A stretch of 64,000 bases of DNA from Planctomycetota bacterium (lineage in GTDB: Bacteria; Planctomycetota; PLA2; JAEUHO01). The notes under the pieces are model-generated. The model had not been told where the DNA came from and ran no database searches. It saw nothing but the letters and a program-made list of their open reading frames with translations. The stretch's first letter is position 1. Every line of letters starts with the position of its first letter. Shown here one piece after another: positions 28,995 through 38,425 of this stretch. The stretch spans positions 288,001-352,000 of the forward strand of contig CBDCWP010000021.1 of assembly GCA_965223505.1 (NCBI GenBank). The letters run 5' to 3'. The translations under genes and the position numbers were made by a program.

Positions 28995-30092
28995 CTACTC
29001 CAGCGCAATCGGCATGATCACGTAGGTGTAGTCGTCGTGGTCGCTGAGCTTCCCCGGCGACTTGGCGTTCGTGAACTCGAACCGGATCTCGCTCGCCGGC
29101 TCCATGACCTTCAACGCGTCCTGGAGGAACAACGGATTGAACCCCACCGTCTGGGGCTGGCCGTCGTATTCGACCGGGACCTCCACCTTGGCCTCGCCGA
29201 CGTCGCGGGCGCGGCTGCGAATCACGAGCGTCTGCGGTTCGATGTGGAGCTCCACGGAGAGCGCGTCCCGGGTGGTCAGCAACGACGCGCGGCGAAGCCC
29301 CGAGGCGAAGTCGGCCGCCGTCGATCGAAACTCGTGATCGCTCTGCGCCGGAATGACGCCGTCCAACGAGGGGAACGACCCGTCGATCAAACGCGAGATG
29401 ATCAGGACGCCGCCCACACGGAACATGGCCTGCCGATCGGCAATCGCCAGCTCGATCTCCGCGTTGTCGCCTGAAACACGCTCGAGGAGCTGCAAGCCCT
29501 TGGGACCGACGATCGCCTGCACATCGCCGGATTTCCTTCCGAGGTCACCCGTCGCGCGGGCCAGGCGCCGCCCGTCCGTCGCCACCATTTGGATGTTCCT
29601 GCCGGAAATCTGGAACTGCACGCCGTGCAAGGCGAACCGGCCCGCCTCCTTGGCAGTAGCGAACGCCGTCCGTCGAATCATGTTTCGAAGGAGCTCCGCC
29701 GAGATCGTCGTTGCGCCCTTGTCGGGAAAGAACGGCAGCTGCGGGAACTCTTCGATCGACTCGCCCCGTACGTGAAAGTGCGAACGGCCGGTGTCCACCG
29801 AGAGTCCGCCGTCCTTCTCGAAGAGGGTCGTGGTTTCCTCGTCGATCTCGCGGACGATGGCCAGGAACCGCGCGGCCGAAATCACCAAGGCTCCGGACTC
29901 GGCGACGTCGGCATCAGGAATGTGATGACGAATGCCGACGTCGAGATCCGTTGCTTCGAGACTGAGTCCGGTCGTCGCATCCGCACGAATGGCCAGACAC
30001 TCGAGAATCGGCTTCGGACTCTTGTTGGCAGCAACGCTCGCTACGTAGGTCGTAGCCTCCAAGAGGACTTGTGTCGGAAGCGAAACTCTCAT
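28995..30092 (-). CDS. dnaN: DNA polymerase III beta clamp
   Basis: KPILE, LEATDLDVGI, MVATDGRRLA, SRLIDGSFP, GFNPLFL and YVIMPI motifs; 365 aa. Confidence 0.96.
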   Translation of the reverse strand: MRVSLPTQVLLEATTYVASVAANKSPKPILECLAIRADATTGLSLEATDLDVGIRHHIPDADVAESGALVISAARFLAIVREIDEETTTLFEKDGGLSVDTGRSHFHVRGESIEEFPQLPFFPDKGATTISAELLRNMIRRTAFATAKEAGRFALHGVQFQISGRNIQMVATDGRRLARATGDLGRKSGDVQAIVGPKGLQLLERVSGDNAEIELAIADRQAMFRVGGVLIISRLIDGSFPSLDGVIPAQSDHEFRSTAADFASGLRRASLLTTRDALSVELHIEPQTLVIRSRARDVGEAKVEVPVEYDGQPQTVGFNPLFLQDALKVMEPASEIRFEFTNAKSPGKLSDHDDYTYVIMPIALE

Positions 30093-30594
30093 GGTGTTTC
30101 CGTTCGTTCGAAGCCTTCAGACCGAACCCTGACGAGGGTTCCTTTCTATGAAGAAGAAAGACTGAATTCTGAATTGGGTAGTAGCCGAATTGGGTCGTGT
30201 CGCTTTGCGCAAACCCGCGTGGGCTGGGTCTCGGAAGTTTTTTCTCTGAAAGGGTTTACGGCACTCCGCATACGGCTCACGCGCCCGCCGGGGTCGACCC
30301 AATATTGTACGAATGCCGGTGGTCGCATCGAGGGATTTCAGCGCTCCGAAACCCGGCGAATCGTGGCTGGGAACCGCCGTTCTTGGCCTCTTCAAAACGC
30401 CGGCACCGGCACTGCCCGAGCTTTCCCACGCGAGACCACCGAAATGCGACATGGCCGCCCGAGCCCACGTCCCCCGGCGCTTGTGGAATGTCCTTGAACG
30501 GGGGACATAACTCCCCACGGCAAAGGGGGTTATAGGCATCTCGGTGTTGTGGAGAAGCGCGTGGAATCGCGCTTCGGGGTTGGGCGTGGGTGTC
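30093..30594. other. Candidate replication origin (oriC) in the dnaA-dnaN intergenic region
   Basis: 502-bp non-coding gap with lower GC; AT-rich tract at about 30140-30180; DnaA-box-like TGTGGAGAA (30548-30556) and TGTGGAATG (30482-30490). Confidence 0.65.
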
Positions 30595-32073
30595 CTAGGG
30601 GCCGGACGTCTCTCCGGGGCGGCTCCAGCCCGCCCCCAGGCGGTCCAGATGACGCTCGATGGCGGCCGCGAAACGCGGCTCCCGGTCGACCCGATCCTGC
30701 ATCTTCCGTACGGCGTAGAGGACCGTGGAGTGGTCCCGTCCGCCGAAGAAGTCACCGATCTCGTCCAACGAGTGCGACGTCGCGCGCCGGATGAGGAACA
30801 TCGCGGTCTGCCGCGGCTCCGAAACGCTGCGGCCGCGCTTCTTCGACCTCAGATCGGCCGGCTTGACCTGGTGGTGCGCGCACACGAGCTGGACGACCTT
30901 CTCGATCGTGACGGCATGCCGTCCGGAGTGCACGGCAGGCTCAAGCGCCTCTTTCGCGAGCTCGAGATCGATGCCCGTTCCCTTGACCTGCGAACAGGCC
31001 TGAACGCTGACCAGCGCGCCCTCGAGCTCGCGGATGTTGTTCCTGAAGTTGCTCGCGATGTACTCGACCACGTCGTTCGGGATCCGCGTCCCCTGGAGCT
31101 CCGCCTTGCGGTGGATGATCGCCATGCGCGTTTCCATTTCCGGCTGCTCGAGCTGCGAGACGAGGCCCCACTGGAAACGCGAGACCAACCGGTCCTCGAG
31201 ATTGGGGATCTCGGACGGCGCCGCATCGCTGGAAACGACGATCTGGCGGTTGCTCTGGTAGAGCTGGTTGAACGTGTGGAAGAACTCTTCCTGGGTGCGC
31301 TCCTTGCCCTGAAGAAAGTGGATGTCGTCGATGACGAGCAGGTGCACCGTCCGGAACCGATCGCGGAATGCCTGGTGGTCAGCGCGCTTGATCGCCGACA
31401 CGAATTCGTTGATGAACTCTTCGCACGAGAGGAAGCACACGCGATCGGACGGAAAGTTCTTCATGAACTGCCGGCAGGCGGCGTGCAGGAGATGCGTCTT
31501 TCCGAGCCCGACGGCGCCGTGGATGAACAACGGGTTGTACGCACGGCCCGGCTTCTCGGCCACGGCCTGCGCCGCCGCGTAGGCGACGCTGTTCGACGGG
31601 CCCTTGATGAAGTTCTCGAACGTATAGTGCTCGTTGAGCTGCAGCGGAATGTCGTCGGGACCCGATCCGACGAAGGGCGCCGGCTGATAGCCGGTCGGCT
31701 TCTTCTCCGCCGGTGGGGGCGGCGTGGTCGGGGCATGCGTGGGCGGCGGGGGCATGGCTGCGGCGTCCGACTCCGGGCCCGCTTCCGGCTCTTTGGCTTC
31801 GGCGACGGTCAGGTTGACCTGCACCGGAGCGTGATCGAGCTCGGACGCGACCTGAGTGATCGGCGTCATGAAATGCTTGCGCAGCCACTCGAGGTAGAAC
31901 CGATTCGGCACCCCGAGGACGAGACGGTTGTCGTGCCAGCGCAGAACGGACGTTCGTTCGAACCACGTCGTGTACTGCTGGCGCGAAACCCGCCGCCGCA
32001 ACGCGTCGTGGAGCTCCTGTGTTCTCGGGTGGCTGCTCACAGAACTGCCCGAAGTTCGATCACCGTGTTCCAT
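30595..32073 (-). CDS. dnaA: Chromosomal replication initiator DnaA
   Basis: YTFENFI.G.SN, YNPLFIHGAVGLGKTHL, LLVIDDIHF, QEEFFHTFN, RLVSRF, NIRELEGAL, GGRDHSTV. Confidence 0.98.
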   Translation of the reverse strand: MEHGDRTSGSSVSSHPRTQELHDALRRRVSRQQYTTWFERTSVLRWHDNRLVLGVPNRFYLEWLRKHFMTPITQVASELDHAPVQVNLTVAEAKEPEAGPESDAAAMPPPPTHAPTTPPPPAEKKPTGYQPAPFVGSGPDDIPLQLNEHYTFENFIKGPSNSVAYAAAQAVAEKPGRAYNPLFIHGAVGLGKTHLLHAACRQFMKNFPSDRVCFLSCEEFINEFVSAIKRADHQAFRDRFRTVHLLVIDDIHFLQGKERTQEEFFHTFNQLYQSNRQIVVSSDAAPSEIPNLEDRLVSRFQWGLVSQLEQPEMETRMAIIHRKAELQGTRIPNDVVEYIASNFRNNIRELEGALVSVQACSQVKGTGIDLELAKEALEPAVHSGRHAVTIEKVVQLVCAHHQVKPADLRSKKRGRSVSEPRQTAMFLIRRATSHSLDEIGDFFGGRDHSTVLYAVRKMQDRVDREPRFAAAIERHLDRLGAGWSRPGETSGP

Positions 32074-32459
32074 CCGCTATCGACTCCACGTTCCGCAGCT
32101 GGCGGAACGAAGAACGGCGCATCGTCTGTTTGCGAGCTCAGGTGCCACCGGCGTCACCGGTGAGACCTCAGCGCGCATTCCGAGACGAAACGTAGGTCAT
32201 GCTCTCCTGCCCCACGACTTTGGACGCCCCCTACCCCAGGTTCGCAAAAGTCGCACTCGCCCGCGCGGTGGAACCGTCTCGTGTCGCGGTGTTCATGACT
32301 GCCGTCAATGCACCATTCTCCATCGCGCGTCGGGGAAGGTACGGCTAGGAAACCTCGTCGTCAACGCCGGTTCTCGTTTGCGCTGTCCATGCAGGCGGAA
32401 CAATCCATCTCACTCAGAGGACCATACGACAGCCTGTGCCGGGCAGACTGGGGTGTTCC

Positions 32460-33617
32460 CTACGAAGGACGCGCGAGCGCGCGCAACCGGTTCACGACAC
32501 GCGCCAATGTAGCGGCGGCGTGCTTCACTTCTTCGATCGACGTGCCCTCACCGACACTGATTCGAATCGTCATTGCGGCCCGCCGCTTGCTGAAACCCAT
32601 CGCCAGAAGGCTGGGACTCGGGTCGGCGCCGCCCAACGCGCACGTACTGCCCGTAGCGACGGCAATTCCCTCGAGATCGAGGTTGATCATCGCCGCTTCA
32701 CCCTCGACACCGCCCAGCTCGAGTGTCATCAAACCCGGCAAACGGTGCTCGCCGTGGCCGACGAGGCTCCAGTCGTCGACGGCGCGCAACGCGTCGAGAA
32801 AGGTGTCGCCGAGCGCGTCATACGCCGCCGCCCGCTTCGCCTGTTCGGCGCACGCCTCTTCGAGGGCGACCGAGAACGCCGAGCAGGCCGCAACGTTCTC
32901 CGCACCGGGCTTGAGCGTCTCTTCCTGCGCCCCGCCGCCGAGTAGCCGCAGCAACTTGACACGGCGCCGCACGTACAGCGCGCCGCTGCCCGGCGGGCCG
33001 CCGAACTTGTAGCCCGAGAACGCCATCAGATCCGCGCCGAGGTCCGACACGCCGCACGGGATCCGACCCGGCGCGAGCGCGGCGTCGCACAGGAGCGGGA
33101 TCTTGCGTTCCCGTAGTGCCGCCGCCACCTCGGGGACCGGCATCAGCGTGCCCGTTTCGTGGTTCGCCGCCATGAGCGCCGCGACCGCGGCCCCTTCGTC
33201 GGTCGCGCGCACGAACTCGCCGGCATCGACGCGGCCCGTGCCGTCGACCGGCACGTGGACCAGCTCGAACCCGCGCATCGCGAGCAGATCGGCAGCTTCC
33301 AGCACGGCCGGATGCTCGACGGCCGACAAGACGACGCGCGTCGACACGGTGTGCCGCGCGTAGGCGGCGCCCTGGAGGGCGAGGTTGGCCGCCGTCGTGC
33401 CGCCGTCCGTGAAGACGATCTCGCGCGGACGCGCACCCAGTGTCTTGGCGACCCGCGAACGCGCCGCCTCGAGCCAGTCCTTCATCAGGCGGCCTTCGGC
33501 ATGGGCCGAGCCCGCGTTGCCGGCGCCGGCGTCGAACACGCGCTGGAAGGCCTCGCGCGCACTCGGAGACATCGGCGCGCAGGCAGCGTGATCGAGATAC
33601 AACCGCTTCTGAGGCAT
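32460..33617 (-). CDS. Cysteine desulfurase (IscS/NifS family)
   Basis: YLDHAA, VEHPAV, ANHETG, FSGYKFGGP (PLP Lys) and ATGSTC (catalytic Cys). Confidence 0.9.
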   Translation of the reverse strand: MPQKRLYLDHAACAPMSPSAREAFQRVFDAGAGNAGSAHAEGRLMKDWLEAARSRVAKTLGARPREIVFTDGGTTAANLALQGAAYARHTVSTRVVLSAVEHPAVLEAADLLAMRGFELVHVPVDGTGRVDAGEFVRATDEGAAVAALMAANHETGTLMPVPEVAAALRERKIPLLCDAALAPGRIPCGVSDLGADLMAFSGYKFGGPPGSGALYVRRRVKLLRLLGGGAQEETLKPGAENVAACSAFSVALEEACAEQAKRAAAYDALGDTFLDALRAVDDWSLVGHGEHRLPGLMTLELGGVEGEAAMINLDLEGIAVATGSTCALGGADPSPSLLAMGFSKRRAAMTIRISVGEGTSIEEVKHAAATLARVVNRLRALARPS

Positions 33618-33743
33618 GTGGATACTCTAGCCGTACGGGTTTTCCACGAACGCACAATGAACGGCGCGGCCGCTGAAATCAGCCGTTGTCGAACCGTCGT
33701 CCGCGTGGTTTCCACCGGATGTTCAACGCGGGAGGGACATCGC

Positions 33744-34391
33744 TTGTCGAACGGCGAGTCACGACGGGGCCGCAAGAGGGCGCCCAACGAGGTGCTCGTG
33801 GTCGACAATTACGATTCCTTCGCCCACAACGCGGTCGACTTGCTCATGCAGCTGGGCGCGCGCGTGTGCGTGCGGCGCAATGACGACATGACGATCGACG
33901 AGGTCGCGGCCGGGTCGTTCGCCGGGATCGTGCTGTCTCCAGGACCGGGGCGTCCGCGCGACGCGGGCATCTGTGTCGACGTCGTGCGGCGGCTCGGCGC
34001 GTTCACCCCGATTCTCGGCATCTGCCTCGGCCACCAGGCCATCGCGCGCGCGTTCGGCGGCCGCGTCGTACGCGCGCGGCAGCCGCTGCACGGAACGGCG
34101 ACGGACGTGGCCCACCGCGGCGCCGGGCTCTTGCGCGGGCTACCCCGACCGTTTCGAGCCGCGCGCTATCACTCGCTCGTCGTCGACCCCGAGCGCCTCG
34201 GGAAGGGCCTGGCGGTCACCTGCCGGTCGCCGGAGGGCGAAATCATGGGACTGCGGCACCGCCGGCATCCCGTCGAGGGTGTCCAGTTCCACCCCGAGAG
34301 CTATATGACTCCGGAAGGGCCCCGCATCCTGGCAGCGTTCCTGCGCAGAGCGGGTCTGCGTCCAAAGAGCGTTCAACAGGTGCTGAGGTAG
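33744..34391 (+). CDS. Anthranilate/aminodeoxychorismate synthase glutamine amidotransferase component (TrpG/PabA)
   Basis: VDNYDSF, LSPGPG, GICLGHQ, RYHSL and QFHPES; TTG start after GGAGG. Confidence 0.92.
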   Translation: MSNGESRRGRKRAPNEVLVVDNYDSFAHNAVDLLMQLGARVCVRRNDDMTIDEVAAGSFAGIVLSPGPGRPRDAGICVDVVRRLGAFTPILGICLGHQAIARAFGGRVVRARQPLHGTATDVAHRGAGLLRGLPRPFRAARYHSLVVDPERLGKGLAVTCRSPEGEIMGLRHRRHPVEGVQFHPESYMTPEGPRILAAFLRRAGLRPKSVQQVLR

Positions 34392-34402
34392 GATCCGAGC
34401 TC

Positions 34403-35281
34403 ATGACCACCACCCCCTTCTTCGACCGGCTCGAAGCCGTTCGCGCCGAGCGCAACACCACCCTCTGCGTCGGGATCGACCCGCGCCTCGAACGCATCCC
34501 CGACGAACTTCGCTCCGACGACGTCGAGGCGACACTGACCCGGTTCGGAATCGAGATCTTGGAGCTCACGGCGCCTCACGCCGCCTGCTGGAAGGCCAAC
34601 ATCGGCTTCTTCGAGGCGCACGGGCTGGCAGGCCTGCGCGCCTACGCGGCGCTCACCGCCGAAGCGCGCTCGAAGGGGCTGTTGCTGATCGGCGACGTCA
34701 AGCGCGGAGACATCGGGTCGACCGCTCAGGCCTACGCCAAAGCCCACCTGGCGCCCGGCTCGGACTTGGAGGTGGATGCGATCACCGTCAGCCCCTACCT
34801 GGGCGCCGACGCCCTCGCGCCGTTCATCGACGCGAGCGCCGCGAACGGCAAGGGCATCTACGTGCTCGTACGGACGAGCAACCCCGGCGCGAAGGACTTG
34901 CAGGATCGAGCGCTCGCCGCGACGGGCGCCCTGCTCCACGAGCAGACCGCGGCGCTGGTCGCCGAGCTGGGCGAAGCGACGGTGAGCGTGACGACCGGCC
35001 TCTCCTCGGTCGGCGCGGTGGTCGGCGCGACCGGACCCGACGCCGCGGCGGCCCTGCGCAAGAAGATGCCGCACACGCCCTTCCTGGTGCCCGGGTACGG
35101 GGCGCAGGGCGGCACGGCCGCGGACGTCGCGGTCTGCTACCGCGAGAACGGAAGCGGCGCGGTCATCAACGCATCCCGCTCGGTCACGCACCCGCCGGCG
35201 CCCGACGGCGACTGGCGCGCAGCGGTCGCGGCCGCCGCGCAAGCGGCCCAGGAGGACCTCTATGGCGCCTGCCTTGCTTGA
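34403..35281 (+). CDS. pyrF: Orotidine-5'-phosphate decarboxylase
   Basis: LCVGIDP, DVKRGDIGST, VRTSNPG, GAVVGAT, LVPGYGAQGG and NASR. Confidence 0.95.
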   Translation: MTTTPFFDRLEAVRAERNTTLCVGIDPRLERIPDELRSDDVEATLTRFGIEILELTAPHAACWKANIGFFEAHGLAGLRAYAALTAEARSKGLLLIGDVKRGDIGSTAQAYAKAHLAPGSDLEVDAITVSPYLGADALAPFIDASAANGKGIYVLVRTSNPGAKDLQDRALAATGALLHEQTAALVAELGEATVSVTTGLSSVGAVVGATGPDAAAALRKKMPHTPFLVPGYGAQGGTAADVAVCYRENGSGAVINASRSVTHPPAPDGDWRAAVAAAAQAAQEDLYGACLA

Positions 35282-36059
35282 ACCGGATCACAAGAGCGAG
35301 CCTTGGTACGTCCGGGCGTTTCGTTCGACCTATCTGCGCGTCTACGCGCACCGGGACGAGGACGAGGCCGAGCGCAACGCGCCGGCCATCGTGAAGCTAC
35401 TCGGTGTGGGCGTCGACGCGCGCGTGCTCGACGTCGCGTGCGGCGAGGGTCGCTACGCACGCGCGCTCCAACGCCGCGGCATGCGCGTCACCGGGGTCGA
35501 CCTGTCTCCCGAGCTGCTGCAAGAAGCGCGCGAGAAGGCGCGCGCGTTGCCCGGCGCGCCGCAGTACGTGCGCTGCGACATTCGGCGCCTGCCGTTCTCG
35601 CGCCAGTTCGATGCCGCGGTGTGCATGTTCACCTCGTTCGGATACTTCGGTGGACAGGCCGACGACGAGGCGATCTTCACCGGCGTCGCGCGCGCGCTCG
35701 TTCGCGGCGGGCGCTTCCTCCTGGACTTCCTGAACGCGCCGCAGGTGCGCGCGAACTTCGTCCCGTACGAGGAGCGTCGCGACGGTGCGTACTTGTTGAA
35801 GTTCGCCCGCCGCATCGAGGAGGACGCGCCCGGCGGCCCGTCGATCTTCAAGCGCGTCGAGGCGATCGACACCGTCGCGGGCGCTCTCGAAGCCGACTAC
35901 GAGGAGCGCGTACGGCTCTACACGTGCGACGAGATCGACACGATGTTGGCGGGCGCGGGTTTGCGGCCCGTCGGCGACCCGCTGGGCGACGTTCAGGGCC
36001 GGCCGTTCGACGAGAACGCGCCGCGCCTGGTGCGCGTGGCGGAACGCGTCGGGGTGTGA
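35262..36059 (+). CDS. Class I SAM-dependent methyltransferase, candidate bacillithiol N-methyltransferase (NmbA-like)
   Basis: VLDVACGEGR, GVDLS and FTSFGYF; immediately upstream of bshC. Confidence 0.8.
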   Translation: MAPALLEPDHKSEPWYVRAFRSTYLRVYAHRDEDEAERNAPAIVKLLGVGVDARVLDVACGEGRYARALQRRGMRVTGVDLSPELLQEAREKARALPGAPQYVRCDIRRLPFSRQFDAAVCMFTSFGYFGGQADDEAIFTGVARALVRGGRFLLDFLNAPQVRANFVPYEERRDGAYLLKFARRIEEDAPGGPSIFKRVEAIDTVAGALEADYEERVRLYTCDEIDTMLAGAGLRPVGDPLGDVQGRPFDENAPRLVRVAERVGV

Positions 36060-36068
36060 CGCGACGGC

Positions 36069-37688
36069 GTGCGCGTCGAACACCTCGCTCCGGACGACGG
36101 CCCCGCCATGGGGGCTTTCGCGCTCGCGCTGCGTAGCGGCGAAGGAGCGGCGCTGCGATTCCTCGACGCGCCCCCGCGCGACGACGCGACGTGGCGGGCG
36201 GCGCTCGACGAGGCGGCCGCGTGCGTGCGTCCGCTTCCACCGTCCTTGCTCGAGGCCGTCCTCGCCCGTCAAACGACGCTCGGCGCGGGGGCGCTTGCCG
36301 AGGCCAACGCGCGCCGGTTGACCGAGCCCGGCGTCCTGGCGGTTGTCACCGGCCAGCAGCCGGGGTTGTTCGGCGGGCCGCTGCTCACGTTCCACAAGGT
36401 GGCCGGCGCGATCCACCTTGCGCGCCGTCTTCACGCCCTCGGCGGCCCCGCGGTCATTCCCGTGTTCTGGTGCGCATCGGAAGACCATGACTTCGAAGAG
36501 GCCAACCGCGCCGCGGTTCTGGACCGCAAGGGCGAAGCGCGGTCGATGCGCGTCGACATCGAGGGCGACGGTCGGAGCATCTCGGACATCGACGCGCCGA
36601 AGGCAGCCGTCGACGCGGCGCTCGCAGAGCTCGAGGCATCGTTGCCCGACACCGAGCGCGGACGCGCCGCACTCGCGTTGGCGCGCTACGACGAGGGCGA
36701 CGACTTCGCGACCTGGACGGCGAAGACCCTGCTGCGCGTCTTCGGCGACAGTGGGCTCGTCGTCATCGAGCCGCGTGACCTCACCGCCGAGGTGGGTCCC
36801 TCGTGGGGTTGGCTGCTCGACCACGCCGAGACGATCTGCCAAGCCGTCGCGGTTCGCGGGGCCGAGCTGCGGGCGCACGACCTACCCGCGCCGCTGTTGC
36901 CGGGTGACGCTGACACCCCCTTGTTCTTCCGCGAGCGCGCAGGCTCGCGGCGCTTGCGCGTCGGCGTGGCAAGCGAGGCCGTGACCCTGAGGGACCAGCC
37001 GTCCTCGCTCTCCCGCGCGCAACTGCGCGACGTGCTTCTGAGCGAGCCCGAGCGAGGGAGCGGCAACGTCATCGGCCGGGTCTTCGTGCAGAACCGGCTG
37101 CTACCGGTCCTCGCCTACATCGCGGGTCCCACCGAGATCGCGTATCACGCGCAGCTTCGAGCGGCGCACGAGGCCGTGGGCATGCGGGCGCCATTGGCGC
37201 TTCCCCGTCCGGAAGGCACGTGGGTGGATGGAAAGAGCGCCGCGGCGGCGGACGCATTCGATCTCTCGATCGCGCAGGTGCTGCGCGGCGTGACGCCGGC
37301 CGTGCCCGACGACGACGTCGACGCGGCGCTCGCCGAGGCGCGCGAGACATGGCTCTCTCGGTGGCCGGCGCCGGTCGAGGGTCTCGCCGCGTCCGGTGGT
37401 CAGGGGGCCGAGGCGCTCGAGCGGATGCGGACGCGCCTGCTCGCGGCCTGGGACAAGAACGCGCCCCGTGTGCGTGACGCCTTCCATCGGGATCGCGGTG
37501 TGGGCCGCGATCGCTGGCACCGGCTCTCCACCGCGCTCTTCCCGCTCGGCGCGCGCCAGGAGCGGGTGCTGTCGCCGCTCTCGTTCATCGCCCGGTACGG
37601 CGTCGAGCCGATCCGGGAAGGGCTTCTGTCCCTCGACCCGCTCGCACCTGTTCACACCGTCGTTCGGCTGGAGAATGCTGCGTCATGA
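36069..37688 (+). CDS. bshC: Bacillithiol biosynthesis cysteine-adding enzyme
   Basis: VVTGQQPGLFGGPL..HK, VFWCASEDHDFEE, YIAGPTEIAY and QER motifs; 539 aa. Confidence 0.9.
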   Translation: MRVEHLAPDDGPAMGAFALALRSGEGAALRFLDAPPRDDATWRAALDEAAACVRPLPPSLLEAVLARQTTLGAGALAEANARRLTEPGVLAVVTGQQPGLFGGPLLTFHKVAGAIHLARRLHALGGPAVIPVFWCASEDHDFEEANRAAVLDRKGEARSMRVDIEGDGRSISDIDAPKAAVDAALAELEASLPDTERGRAALALARYDEGDDFATWTAKTLLRVFGDSGLVVIEPRDLTAEVGPSWGWLLDHAETICQAVAVRGAELRAHDLPAPLLPGDADTPLFFRERAGSRRLRVGVASEAVTLRDQPSSLSRAQLRDVLLSEPERGSGNVIGRVFVQNRLLPVLAYIAGPTEIAYHAQLRAAHEAVGMRAPLALPRPEGTWVDGKSAAAADAFDLSIAQVLRGVTPAVPDDDVDAALAEARETWLSRWPAPVEGLAASGGQGAEALERMRTRLLAAWDKNAPRVRDAFHRDRGVGRDRWHRLSTALFPLGARQERVLSPLSFIARYGVEPIREGLLSLDPLAPVHTVVRLENAAS

Positions 37689-38425
37689 GCGATGCCCATC
37701 CGTCCATCGACATCCTGGCGTTCGGTCCGCACCCGGACGACGTCGAGCTGTGCGCGGGCGGGCTCGTGCTCAAGGCGCGGGCGCAGGGCCGAAGCGTCGT
37801 CGTCGTCGACATGACGCGCGGCGAGGCCGGCACGCGCGGCACGCCCGAGACCCGCGAGCAGGAATCGGCGGCGGCATCGAAGCTCATGGAGCTGCACGCG
37901 CGCGAGAACCTGGGCCTTCCGGATGCGCGCGTCCAGGTCGACCTGCCGTCGCTCGAGAAGGTGACGACCGCGATCCGGCGCTGGCGGCCCAAGGTCGTCC
38001 TGTCGCCGTGCCTGCAGGACCGCCATCCCGATCACATCGCCTGTGCCGAGCTCGTGCGGCGTGCGTACTACGGGGCGACGATCGCAAAGGGACTCGGGAG
38101 CGAGCACGCCCCCCACCGGCCCGACGCGCTCATCCAGTACTTCGGACACCTCGAGCCGACACCTTCATTCGTCGTCGACATCTCCGACGTCTGGGAACAG
38201 CGGCTGGAGCTCGCGAAGTGCTACGCGTCCCAGCTGGACGTGAACGAGACGCTCCCGCGAACCAACATCGCGTCGCCTGACTTCATGCAACGCGTCGAAG
38301 CCCGTTACGCGTACTGGGGCGCCAAGATCGGCGCCAGGTACGGCGAGCCGTTCCTCGTCGACCGTCTCATCGCGCTCGACGATCCGGTCGAGACGTTTCG
38401 CAAGCGTGGTTGGCAGGTGCTGTGA
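37685..38425 (+). CDS. bshB1: GlcNAc-malate deacetylase (PIG-L family)
   Basis: PHPDDVEL, DMTRGEAGTRG, DRHPDH, YASQ and YGEPF; ATGA overlap with bshC. Confidence 0.9.
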   Translation: MSDAHPSIDILAFGPHPDDVELCAGGLVLKARAQGRSVVVVDMTRGEAGTRGTPETREQESAAASKLMELHARENLGLPDARVQVDLPSLEKVTTAIRRWRPKVVLSPCLQDRHPDHIACAELVRRAYYGATIAKGLGSEHAPHRPDALIQYFGHLEPTPSFVVDISDVWEQRLELAKCYASQLDVNETLPRTNIASPDFMQRVEARYAYWGAKIGARYGEPFLVDRLIALDDPVETFRKRGWQVL

